NCBI RefSeq assembly: GCF_021028975.2
Contig: NC_059428.1
Span: 138,570,001 to 138,634,000, forward strand
Reading direction: 5' to 3'
Source of the DNA: Sphaerodactylus townsendi
Lineage: Eukaryota
DNA length: 64,000 nucleotides
Below the pieces are notes generated by a model. That model worked only from the letters and a program-made list of their open reading frames with translations. It made no database searches and was not told the origin of the DNA. This document shows positions 52,801 to 64,000 of this stretch, piece after piece (the stretch's first letter is position 1; the number at the start of each line of letters is the position of its first letter). A program made the translations under genes and the position numbers.

Positions 52801-55800
52801 GTGAGCTGCTTTGAGACTCCTTACGGTTGAGAAAATCAAGGGACAAATCCAAACTGTTCTTCTACTTTTCTTCTCTGAGCGTTTTGGACGTCCCAACTGC
52901 CAGGATGGTTTTGTCTGTTAAATTAAACTGGATAGCATTGCCTATCAGGAGGGTCCAGGATACTTATTCAGACTAGCAGAACTATAGTCATGCCAAGCAA
53001 TCAGATGACATTCTAAGTTTTGCTCTTAGCCTTTTCCTTCTTTGCATAGAGGCAGATTTGCAGCAAGTTCTGTCTCTTCCAGAGCCTCAAGTCTCCTAAA
53101 GGCCCAGCCTCCAGGGACTCCATTCCAAAGACAGAAATAACTGTGGGTGAGGATGCTGAAAAGGAAGGCCTGCTGCTTAGCCTCAGCAAAGCAAAGGTAC
53201 CGAACACCCAGGCCTTGACATGATGATGCACCCAAAGGTGGGCAGGACTTCTTCATAGCTGGGGATGGCTTTGCTCATGTGCAGTCCATAGTTGACCTGA
53301 GGTGGGGAGGCTGGAATGTAGCAAGACCTCCTCTTTCAAAACTTCAGTTCTTCTTTGAGTTTCCCACCTTGTCATGCACATAAGAGAACCCCAGACCCAA
53401 AGAATGGGAGATTTGGCTTCAGTTAGTGCTTCTAGCTGAGATTTCTGAAGATGCAGAGCAGAGGCAGATCGGGAGGGGGTGCTGGGTGCCCCGCCCCCCC
53501 CACTGCGCGCCCCCAAGCTTTGCCCCTGACCTCAGTGCTTATAAAAGCACCTCTCAAAGGACAGAGGATGGCAGTCTTTCCCCAGAGGCGAGGGCAGAAA
53601 CTGGGCTGCTGGCTCCCAGGAGCCCGAGGGGGGGCATCCTCGGCCGTCCTTGGCCCCACCCATGTCGATGATGACATGGGCGGGGCCGAGGGAGCCTGAA
53701 GACGACGAAGCAGGAGCAGGACTTCCTGCTGCCTCGTCTTCGCGCTAGATCTAGTCACATGATGGAGCCAATTTTGCACCCCAGCCCCCCCACACGTGAC
53801 CAGATTAGTGGCGCCCGGGGACAAAGGGTAGCCCCTTGTCCCTGGGCAGATACGCCACTGATACAGAGATTTAATATATTTGTATAAAATTCAGGTCTTT
53901 CTCTACCCTGTTTAACGAACTTGCGGGGTTTTTTATGCAGAGGGTGTGGGGAGGAGTTTGCATAGCCAGTGTGAGACTGCTGACCATCCTGTTTGCCAGG
54001 AACTCCAGCAGAGTTTGCAGTTGGATGTGAGCCAGGAAGCCATGGTGGAAGACTGGGTGGATGCTGCCCCACTGGAATTATCTGGTGGAGAGGACTCAGA
54101 CTCTGTGGAAGAGGAGGGGCCTGCTGAACCCTACATGACCGAAGAGCCAGTGGAAGCTTCCCAGGAGAGTCCTGAGACCTTTAACTGGGCTGCAGCCTCC
54201 TCTCCAGTGGCTGGAAGACGCTGTGGCCTGTCTGCTGATCCTCTCATTGTGCTGGAAACAAAGGCCAACTCTCCAAGTAAGTCCAGTCTTTTACTAGTGT
54301 GCTAACAGCACTGCAGAACCCATGAGAGATGTCTTCAAAATCAGAGACCTCTTTAGACCACAAGCTGTTATATCAGCTCCAAAAGACGAAAGAATATTGT
54401 TTGTCTGGAAGAGCAATCAGTAGACCTGTCTTGAAACTCTGTTAATGTTGGGTCTCAGAACCTTAAGCCAATAAATGGACTCTGAAGTACTGATCAGTAG
54501 CGTTTATTGAATAGGCATGGAAGCACCACATGTGCAAAGCTAGTTCTGACAAAGGAAGCTGGCATTTGCAGTCCCCTTTATTCCTCGCAGAGAACCCCCC
54601 TCCCGTTTTCCCAAGAGTTTGAGAAAAACAGTCTTTGGAGCTGAGGCGCCCTAAGGTCGGAGGCAGATTGGAAGAGAGAGCCACCTGGCTTGCTGCCCTA
54701 CGAGATAACGGATGTAACACAGTTCCCATTGGACAGGCGTACCAGGGGAAGCCTAGTTGTCTACAAAGTGTGTGAAGTCATAAAGTGAAGATCAAGGACA
54801 GAATGCACAGATGGCAGTGGATACATATAGCAGGCTGGTTACATATATCTTTCTAGCAGCAGCAATTTGTTATTTTAAGCAGTGGCACGATTCTGGGAAT
54901 ATCTCAATCACCTAGATAGATTCCCTCTGAAGATTAGTTTTAAATAAAGTACAACTCATGTCTTCATTTTTAAAAACTCTCATGTGATTGCCCTGTGACT
55001 ATCACCTGATAGGTGTGGTGTGGCATGCTGTAAGTATCCTTGTCTCCCACAATGCTGTGCTTCCACATGATCTGGAGAGGTGTGCTGGCATCAGCGTTAG
55101 AAGTTTGACCTGATTGGGACAAAAAAGCGAGCCTGTTGGGTGCTGCAGGTGTGGAGTGACCCCAGAGCACTGGTTGGGGGGGGGGGGGCGTGCAGCTCTG
55201 CATCTTGCTTGCCTTTGTCTGCAGACTTTGCTGTCTTTCTCTCAGATACATCTCCCGAATTTAACTCTCCGCCTTTTGGTTTGGTTTTTCTGCAGGCCTG
55301 AAGAAACAACGAGTGCTTTCTGCCAAAAGGAGGGAGAATGCTGAATCCTACATCCCCACCAAGCCTGTGATGGTTAAAAGCCAAACCGCCCATCCCCTCT
55401 CTGCTGGGTGTCTGAAACAGGAAGGACAGGAAGCAGCCCCTTCCAGTAAGGGAGATGCTCTGCTCCACCCCCTGTGTCTCAGAGCAGCCTGGTGGGGCGA
55501 CTGCCAAGGGAAGACCTGGCTCTTGCATTACGGGTGTGATGTGTTGCAGGCAGCAAGCGAGCGCCCTTCTCTTGCTCAGACTCCCGATCCTGCTGGCTCT
55601 TTCTCAGCTTCCCCAGCTTCCAAGATCTCTCTTCTTAATGCCTAGAGGTCCAGGAAACTGCTGGTCTTCACGTTCCTTGCCACCCTATTTGTAAATCTCT
55701 GGGACTGGGGCTGTGATTACCAACGGTGTTTTTTTCTGCTAGCCGTGCCTGGGATCTGTTTCTGGATCGCAGGCAGGTGAAACAGCCGAGCCTTCCTCTT

Positions 55801-58800
55801 CTGTTTCAGTGTTCCTGCAGGCATTCTCTTGTGCAGTGGAGAATTTGAAGGAGAATGGGACCTTGCCCTGTTCCTCTGCTGCTGGGCTGGCTGTGTTCCT
55901 TGTGGGGCCAAGTAGGGATTATATCCAATGGAGTCTGATTGATGCCAGATTGTCAGTTGTTCTCTAGGGAGCTATTCTGACCTGGGTGGGAGGGATAGGC
56001 ACTCAGGCCTTGAACATGCCCCTCTGTCCATCCCATGTGGTAGAAAGCGGGGCCTTCTCCATCCTGGTGTCTCTTCTAGGAACCTCTCACCTGGCAGCTG
56101 TGCTGCCATCTTCCCAGCTCCACTTCAGCCTTGGTGTGGGGGTGTCTCTGACAGGATATCCTGCAGCACTTGGTGCTTTCAGACTGTAGTCTGAGGGTGT
56201 CTTCTGTTTTGGATGCCAGGGCCAGTCAGCCGCTCAGAAAGGCCACTCTCTGCAACTCGGAAGATCGTGTGTGAGAAGAAGGACCCGGCACACTCTGCCT
56301 CCCTTGTCCTGAAGGCTGTGCAAGTGGAGAACGAGCTTCTCTGCAGGCTCCAGGAAGCGTCTCGGGGCTCCCAGCTGGAGCAGGCAGCCTCAACAGAGGT
56401 CAGTGCAGGACCTATTTGGCCAGCCCAGCCTGAACATGCCCTTTGCCAGTCCCGCCGCCTGGCAGGCCACCAATCCTCTCAGGGACTTCCTGGAGTAGAG
56501 AGAAGCGCCTTTGCGGGGTAACAAAGAGGGGTTTTTGAGCAAGCAAAAGGCAGGTGTCACCTGTGATTGATTTGAAAGCCAGTATCCACTTGCCAGTAAA
56601 AAGATGGCACATCCCTCACTGTTCCCAGGGAGAGCCAGCATGGCGTAGTGGTTAAGAGCAGGTGCACTCTAATCTGGAGAACCGGGTTTGATTCCCTGCC
56701 CTGCCACATGAGCTGTGGAGGCTTATCTGGTGAACCAAGATTACCTTGTGCACTCCAGCACGTGCCAGCTGGGTGACCTTGAGCTAGTCACAGTTCTCTC
56801 AGGACTCTCTCAGCCCCACCCACCTCACAGGGTGTTTGTTGCGGGGGAGGGAAAGGAGGTTGTAAGCCCCTTTGTGTCTCCTTACAGGAGAGCGGGTGGG
56901 GGTTATAAATCCAAACTCTTCTTCAAACTCTTATTTCTGGGCAAGTCTGGCAGACACTGGGCTCATCGCAGAAGGGAATTCTTCCATCAAAAAGGTGCTA
57001 GAGGCCCTCTGGGAGATGCTGGGCATTGTATAGTCCCAGTGGTGAGGTTGATACAGAGGACACAAAAGGGGCTGACAATCTCCTTTCCCTCCCCCCCCCC
57101 CACACCCTGTGAGGTAGGTGGGGCTGAGAGAGCTGTGACTAGCCCAAGGTCACCCAGGTGGCATGTGTTGGAGTGCACAAGCTAATCTAGTTCATCAGAT
57201 AGGCCTCCACAGTTCAAGTGGCAGAACAGGGAATCAAACCCGGTTCCACAGATTAGAGTGCACCTGCTCTTAGCCACTACACCACGCTGGCTCTCTTGGC
57301 TGTTGAATTGCCATTTTATTCATGTTTTCCATACGTTTTGAAACTTTTGTTATTGTTTCTAAAAATGGTTCATAAATCAGCAATATTTATTTATAGAGGT
57401 CAGTATTTATAGTACTTACAGTATGTATAGTATTAATATAATGTAGCCCATGCTGCTCCCAGGTTCCTTCATAAGTGGGGGGACGGGGGACGGGGGACAG
57501 TTCCACCCAAGCTTTTCTGCCAGCATCTGCTGCTCCTGCAGGGGAGAAAGGAAGAAATGTGCAGGCCAGCAGGCAGCCTAGGAGGCCCTGAGCTTTTTTC
57601 CAGTAAACAACCAGCTCAACCCCCCCCCCCATTACTGGTCTAAGCTCTCTGAAGGGTATTTCTCCCCCCCCCCCCTCAGTGGCCATCACCATCTGCTTCT
57701 GCAGCCAGCGACGCTCCTGTGAAGCAACCGGAAGGCAGAGAAGTCTCCACAGCCGTCAACAGGATCAGCCTCTCAGGAAGCAGGTTGCTGTGGGGAGAGT
57801 CTTTGCATTGTCAGGGGCCAGTTTGCACAGGGGGCTGATGTCCACATGACTCTTGCTGGCTCTTGGGACAAAACCCCCACCATCCGCATAAGGGCGGGGC
57901 AAGTGGCAGGGGCCTTCCCTGGAAAGAGCGGGTGGGCTTATGGCAGGGGTGGAGCAGACCTGGGCTGGGGGTCAGCTGGTTGGCCACCAGCTCCTCCTGG
58001 TTTAGCGGGTAGCTCTGGTCATTTGGGGGCTGGGGGGGCAAGCTGTAGTTCTGCATGAGGAAGCCAAGGCTAGCAGGGAGTTTGCCAGTTCCCGTCCCCG
58101 GGATTGGCATGTTCAAAAGGTTCTCTTGGAACAGGCCTTGAGTGATGGTCTGCCTGGCCACCATGCCTGCTTCCTACTGGGACCTTTTGTGTGACTGCCC
58201 AGATCTCACCTGTCACTCCCCCTGAGAGAGCAGCTGGGTGCCCCCGTCTTGGGCTGAAGGATCAGGGGGTGCTTGTGTCGGGAGCCCTTCTTTAGGTGTT
58301 GGGTCTCCCTCTTTCAGGCCACAGAAGAAGCTGCTGAAAGTTCTGCAGGAGATTGAGAGCCCGTTGGCCTGCTGTGGTCCTGCAGTCCCAGCCCCTGTCC
58401 AGCTGGAGCCTGCAGCTCTGGTATGAAATAGTTTCACTTACAGAAGGCACAGCTTGGTAATCCGCTTATCCTCCAGCACAGCCGCTGTCTCCACAGAGGG
58501 AGGGCTGGCCTGGAAGGAAGAGCCCAGAAGGCCTGGGAAGCCTTGACGGGGGGACAGGGGGCTCTCATCTGTTGCCGAGTTCACATCCAGAGCTTTAGGA
58601 ATGGCAGAACCGTCCTTGTGTCTGTGCTTCCAGGCCTGGTGAAAATGCCTCCTCTCTTGATAGGAACATTTGACATTCAGTCACTGGAACAGTGTCAATA
58701 AATTCTGCTGTGGCTGTCATTTGCTGTGTGCATGAAAGAAGGCAGGGCCTTCTTTGTTGCTGCCCCAAATCCCAGGAGCCCCCGGCACTGCTCGGGTGCC

Positions 58801-61760
58801 GTCTTCTCTGCGTCCCCTTGACGCCCGAGTTCATTTTATGCGTCTGTCTGTCCTTTCAGGACCAGCTAGAATTGGGGCGAGATGTCCGGGATGCCATTTA
58901 TATCACCCTGGAGATTCACTCCAACTGGGGGAGTCCCCTGAGGGTGGGCCTGGCAGAAGTGGAGTTCTTTGACCTGCACAATGGGAAAGTGTTTGTGTCT
59001 CCTCACGATGTGGACATCAGGCACACTGACTCACCCGGTGACCTCTGCTGCCTGGTCAACAGGAACCTGCACGTAAGCCCTCGCAGTTGCCCCTCCGTTG
59101 CACCTGTCCTGTTCTTCCGTGGAGAGCCAAAGGCCTCCTGGGAAAGCTTTGAACTGATTTTGCCCTTCAGCATGTTCGTGTTGTGCTTCCGGCTTAGGTG
59201 GCTTGAATGAAGCTGGTCAGGTAAGTGGCTGCCATGGGAGGGATGGGCGGAAGGCCTGGGAGGCCTGCACTGTGGGGAGTGCCGGTTTCCCTCCCTTCCC
59301 CAGCAACAGGCATCTCTTAGCCACATGGTGGATGTTTTATTCTCATTCTCCTTCTTATTGTCATTACGGAGAGTTCTGTAAGCTACTTTGGGTCCATTTG
59401 CAGGAAGAAAGCAGCCCAGAAATATTTTCTTAGGGCTCCTAACCAGCATAAGCCTGTAAGCTGTGTCAGGAGCTTCTACAAAGGCTGGGCAGCTTCTTTA
59501 CCTGTAATGTTCACATTCCATGCCAGCTGGTACATTTGATAAACTTCTTCATGCCAGCCAGATGGCCAGTGGCTTCTTTCACCCAGAAATGCTGGCCTCA
59601 CTCGGAGATCCAGCCTGTTAATCTGTACTTAAATGTCCACTTGAGATCCTGCCGTGCCGGAAAGCGGATTAATTTGCTTAGAATGTTCTTGGGTTGCCTG
59701 GTGGCTACGCAGCCCCGTGCGGCTCTCTGGAGGCTGCTGCTTCTGGGAAATGCCGAGCGGGGGCACCTCAGTCTTTCTGCTCTCTTGGTGAGAGTTCCCC
59801 CTTCCTTGCTGTGCAGGTCAGCAAAGACCTTTGCCCTTGGACATGCCCCTTCCAGCCACCTTTGCAGCTCTACTTCGTACTCCGAAACCCCAGCCTGTCA
59901 GGTGACTTTGGGATATCCAGGATTAGGATTTGGAATCACTACTCGCTCCTCCTTGGCGTAAGTGACTGCTTCTTTCTTGGGGGCCCTTTTCAGCATTTCC
60001 AGACCTTCCTTAGAGGGAGGGAGGGAAGGAGGAAGAAGACCAGACCAGACCAGGGATAAATGAACGGTTTTGTATTCTCATTACGGTGGCTTCTGCTCAG
60101 TGCCAGAGAAGTTATTTTGTGACACCTTTGATAAAAGATCAGCAGTATCTACAGAACAGCCACAAGAGCAAGCCGAGGTCTGTGTAGGATTCCAAGTCAC
60201 AGGACTGTTAGATTGATCTGGTTGTGATTTTGTTCGCATCATCATCAGGAGCAGTGAGTTACCTTGCCTGCTGGTTGCTGCCACTGGGATCTAGCCTGGT
60301 TTCCAGCTGCATGCACAGACATGGTGACATTCTAAGCCAACATGTAGAACAATGTGATTAAGTGGCTTGTGTGGAACAAATGCCACATCCTGTGGCAGAT
60401 TGCAGTTTTTGGTCCTGAGATACTCTCAAAAATTGCTGTAGGGAGTCATGTTCGAGACAAAGAGGATTTTCCATGCTGGATTAGAGATGAACTCATCTCT
60501 ATCCTTTCTCATTCATCATTTGTTTTTTTTCAAGGTGCTCCTCTGTCAGCACCAATAGATGGGAAATATGTGCTGTGTAACCCAAGAAAAGTGCCCCTTT
60601 CTCAACTTTTCAGAGTGTGGACTGGGTTGGCAGTGGGGGTAGGCTGACAGGCTACGAGTCCAGTCTGCAAAACAGGGAGATTATCTAGAGCAAATTGGTG
60701 TCAGAGACGGAAGGAAAAGCTTTGCAAACAGTATATTTAGCGACAGAGATTGTAGGAAAAGTGCAGGCTGCGATGAGATTCCTTAGCACCTTGCACGCAT
60801 GACTCTTGAAAAGATTTTTGCAGCATTCAATGACTTGGGTTGGAATCTGCTTTTTAGAAACGTTCTATGTGAGTGGCGTCTCTCTTTATGCATTGCCATT
60901 TGGGCTTTTCGAGACAGGAGGAAATACAAATAAGGGGGAGCTGTGACTTCATCACTGTTTATCTGTGATCCTTCAGGATCTTGATGTAGGAGCCAGAAAG
61001 GTCACTGTCTATGTGGATGGAACCCTGGTCTTTGCTGGAGAATTGCCAAAAAGCTGTGGGACTTTTGATCCTGAGGACAGCACTACCATTGATCTCCGGA
61101 AGAGCAGCACCCTTTCTCCTGAAGAAGGGGAAGGGAGGGTTTGGAATGAGGGGTCGAGTGGGCTGCTGTTAAATCCAAACTCTCCTGTAGAGGAACCAGT
61201 GATCCCCATCAGCCTTGTTAAGGTCCAGGAATGTCCCCCAGTGCCTTCAGACTCCATTTCCATGGAAAATGTCCAGAGCTCTTCCTCTCCAGAGATCCCA
61301 GAATTTGCCCATTCTGAGGATAAACTTTCTCTGAGCGAGCAAATGGACAAACTCTCAAGCAGAAAAATGACTCCGATTCTGCCCTCTTCGTGCACAAAGG
61401 AAAAAAGCAAACTCAGCTCCGGTCCAGAAAAGCTGCCTTTGTGGCTTGAATCAGAGCCTCCTTTGGACTTCAGGGCCCAGCTGCTCCCTGAGGACAGGAG
61501 AAAGGTCTCCCTAGAAATGACGCGTGAGAGCCCCCGCCTCCGTCCAGCTGCATCTGAGAGAGGCTGCTGCAGTGGGGCTGTGGATGCTGAGATGAAGGCA
61601 CTGACACTGGCAAGGGAGCTGTCTGCTGCTGACTTGGATTTCCTGAATCTGCTGTCCCATAAGCCTAGCGGCCCACCCGAGCAGCTTTCCTCTGGGAGAA
61701 AGAGAGGAAAGGAGGACTCCAGCAGTGACTGTGGTGAAGGTGAAGCTCCCCGCAACAGAG
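46841..61760 (+). CDS. KATNIP: Katanin-interacting protein (KIAA0556), partial; first coding exon(s) unresolved and gene continues past the window
   Basis: Exons 46841-46917 (DMVTDFDEKHD..LLQQR), 49771-49940 (DPIQIKLEQLEQGF), 50922-51016, 52086-52220 (PPVEYSDDFE), 53050 or 53083-53196 (less certain), 54000-54276, 55296-55445, 56220-56398 (RPLSATRK), 57680-57783, 58318-58420, 58860-59072 (DAIYITLEIHSNWG..EVEFFD..VSPHDVDIR), 59817-59957, 60977-61760 (DLDVGARKV). Phases consistent. A further upstream exon may end at 46498 (SSCSEARRVSM|gt). Confidence 0.9.
47042..49138 (+). mobile_element. DIRS1-like (tyrosine-recombinase class) retroelement, gag-only deletion derivative
   Basis: Inverted terminal repeats of about 180-200 bp (47042-47220 and 48940-49138). 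Decayed gag zinc-finger peptide GFKK..PCGTKM..DNH.ACLLCL..C...FTHKAR..LKAALW at about 47298-47460. LAP2alpha-like gag segment at 48235-48840. No RT, RNaseH or YR remnant recognised. Confidence 0.7.
51123..51416 (+). mobile_element. Sauria-type SINE, full length
   Basis: Same consensus, with a CTT tail. Confidence 0.85.
52564..52875 (+). mobile_element. Sauria-type SINE
   Basis: Same consensus as the other copies. Confidence 0.8.
53459..53860. mobile_element. Non-autonomous hAT element
   Basis: TIRs CAGAGGCAGATC / GATACGCCACTG. TSD ATGCAGAG versus ATACAGAG (7 of 8 match). GC-rich interior. Confidence 0.65.
56629..56932 (+). mobile_element. Sauria-type SINE, full length
   Basis: Same consensus as the other copies. 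Confidence 0.85.
57064..57295 (-). mobile_element. Sauria-type SINE, inverted relative to the neighbouring copy
   Basis: Reverse-complement consensus, about 130 bp from the + copy. Confidence 0.85.
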
Positions 61761-62180
61761 GTAAGAGAGGTCATGACCATGTGCCCAAGTGAGGCTGTGA
61801 CCGTGCTGCCCTTTGCCTGGGGCTGTCCAGAAAGCCCATTGCTCCATATGTGGCCGCGGGGCTCTTGGCAGGGGAGGGAAGCAGAGACCAGATTGATCCT
61901 CAGATGAAAAATCTGCAGAGGCTCCTGGTCAGTTCCCAGCAAAATTCAAAGTGCTGGTTCTTACTCTTAGAGCTCTCAATGAGATTGGGGCCCTTACTTA
62001 AAACATTTCTGTGGCACCCCTTCATTCAGAGAGCTGCTCAAGAAAATGTTTTGTGAATGTTGTTTATCTAGCTGTGCCCAAGTCTAGTGGAACAAAGATG
62101 TCTGTGAGCTTCCTATACCTGCCCCAAGAGGCACACCTTCCTCATGCTCCCTGATGGATGGCACATGGCAGCCAACTCTA

Positions 62181-62420
62181 CCAGCATGGTGTAGTGGTTA
62201 AGAGCAGGTGGATTCTAATCTGGAGAACCGGGTTTCATTCCCCACTCCTCCACCTGAGTGGCAGAGGCTTATCTGGTGAACCAGATGTGTTTCTACACTC
62301 CTGCATTCCTGCTGGGTGACCTTGGGCTAGTCACAGTTCTCTCTGAACTCTCTCAGCCCCACCTACCTCACAAGGTGTTTGTTGTGGGGAGAGGAAGGAA
62401 GAGGAGCTAGTAAGCCACCT
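62181..62420 (+). mobile_element. Sauria-type SINE interrupted at its 3' end by a LINE
   Basis: Consensus stops abruptly at gtaagccacct, where the other copies continue tgagtctcc. Confidence 0.8.
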
Positions 62421-64000
62421 TATTATTGTAGATTTCACAGCTGCCAGATCTTTCGCTGGTTGTTGGCCTTTAAATACAATTTGAGCCTTACCCTGAGGCA
62501 TAGGAAGTTGTAATGTATCGGCGTAGTATTCGTGCGGATCCCAGCAGGGCTGCCTTCTGAATTTGACAAATGTTAATTTTGTCAATTCGAAGATGTTTCA
62601 AGTGCTGCCCTAGTGTTTTCCGAATGGCGCCCAGCGTGCTGATAACCACTGGGATGACCCCAGCTGGTTATCATCGAAATATCTGTGCTGAATATTCAGA
62701 CTATGTTTACTAGTGACTGGATTTCTGTGTCTGATTTCCCATACAGCTTCAAATCATCCATGTACAGCAAATGTGAGATTTTTTCTGAGTCTTTGGCCAT
62801 TTGATAGCCCAACTTTGTTTTCTTTAAAATTACTGTTAGTGGGATCATGGCAATGATAAACAGTAAAGGTGATAGTGAATCACCTTGGAAAATTCCTCGC
62901 TTAACGTTGACTGTTCCGAAGTTTTCATTTCCAACTGTCAGTTCAGTTTTCCACTGTCTCATCGCTTTTTCAGTGAATACTTGAATGTTTTTGCTGACGC
63001 CAATTGTTTCCAAGCATTTCATGATCCAACTATGGGGCAGTGAGTCAAATGCCTTCTTGTAATCAATCCAGACCATATGCAAATTTGTTCTTCGATTCTT
63101 GCAATTCTCCATTATCATTTTGTCTATCAGGAGTTGATCTTTTGTACCCCTGCTTCTTCTTTTGTTCCCTTTTTGCTTCACTGGCAGGATGCTATTTGCT
63201 TCCAAGTAGTCCATGATGTTATCTGCTATTATGCCAGTGAGCAGTTTGAGCATCGTGGGTAAACATGTTGTTGGCCTGTAGTTTCCAGGTATTTTTCCTT
63301 TGGCTGGAGCTTTCTGAATCAAGTATGTCTTCCCAGTTGTTAGCCATTGATCAATTTCACCATTTTGCATGGCTTCATTGAACTGCTTGGCCATTGTCGG
63401 ATGCAAACTAGTTAGGCATTTGAGCCAGAAGCCATGCAATTGATCATGTCCTGGTGCCGTCCAGTTTTTCACTTTTTTGCTTCAGTTTGTTAGCATATCA
63501 GTTGCTATTTCCAGCTCTTGCATTTGTTTTTGGCCAACATCTTTCTCAAAATCTTTTATCCACTGCGCCTTCCTGTTGTAATCTTTCTCGTTTTCCCAGA
63601 GATCTTTCCAAAATCGAAGTGTTGCATTTTTTTTCTGTTTTTTTGCTTTCAACATTGATTTTTGTGTTGAGGCTTTGGTAGAAATGCCTTTGGTTTGAAC
63701 GAAATTGCTGATTTTGTCTGTACTGGATGTTTCTTGCTTCATATCTTTCCATTTTTCTTGCTGTGGCTGTTATTTGTTGTTTGGTGATCTCCAGTGATTC
63801 TTCAATTGTTCTAGTGTCTAGCCAGTACCTTCTAATTAATTCTTTCATGATCTTGCCATTCTTTAACCTTTGTTCTTTCATATTTTTCAGGTTACTGGCA
63901 TCTGATCTTAGTTTTCAGATCTTCTGTTCCAGTTTAATTTTCCACTTTGGTTTTGATGGTTGATTTATCTTGGGTTTAGGTATTTCAATGCCCATTTCTG
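62421..64000 (-). mobile_element. R4/Dong-clade non-LTR retrotransposon, defective, extending beyond the window
   Basis: RT motifs WTAPGHDQLHGFWLK, NYRPTTCLP, WIDYKKAFDSLPHSWI, KRGIFQGDSLSPLLF, HLLYMDDLKLY. C-terminal VIPVVISTLGAI..IQKAALLGSARILRR. 3' end CAATAATAA. Contains frameshifts and stops. Confidence 0.85.

Noticed and set aside
57542-57679. Longer 5' extension of the KATNIP exon at 57680
   Set aside because: The frame hits a stop across two C homopolymers. It could be an assembly error but cannot be supported.

Overview
Eukaryotic (squamate reptile, probably gecko) genomic DNA, GC-rich and gene-dense. Five intron-containing genes alternate strands with almost no intergenic space: RHBDF1/iRhom1 (+, 17 coding exons, 166-12864), SNRNP25 (-, 5 exons, 14290-15108), POLR3K (+, 3 exons, 15107-16402), GTF3C1 (-, 37 exons, 16480-45941) and the 5' part of KATNIP/KIAA0556 (+, from about 46.8 kb, running off the window). 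Exon structures were reconstructed by hand from splice sites, codon phase and recalled similarity to human orthologues. Introns carry about 12 Sauria-type tRNA-derived SINEs, CR1 fragments, several non-autonomous hAT elements/MITEs (most with 8-bp TSDs), a gag-only DIRS-like element and an internally deleted R4/Dong LINE nested in a SINE. Most striking observations: (1) the SNRNP25 and POLR3K start codons are interlocked in one CATG palindrome (15106-15109); (2) POLR3K and GTF3C1, both Pol III machinery, end only 77 bp apart, so the POLR3K 3' UTR probably overlaps GTF3C1 coding exons antisense; (3) a frame-preserving 105-nt candidate cassette exon in RHBDF1 adds 14-3-3-type motifs. None of this was checked against databases or expression data.
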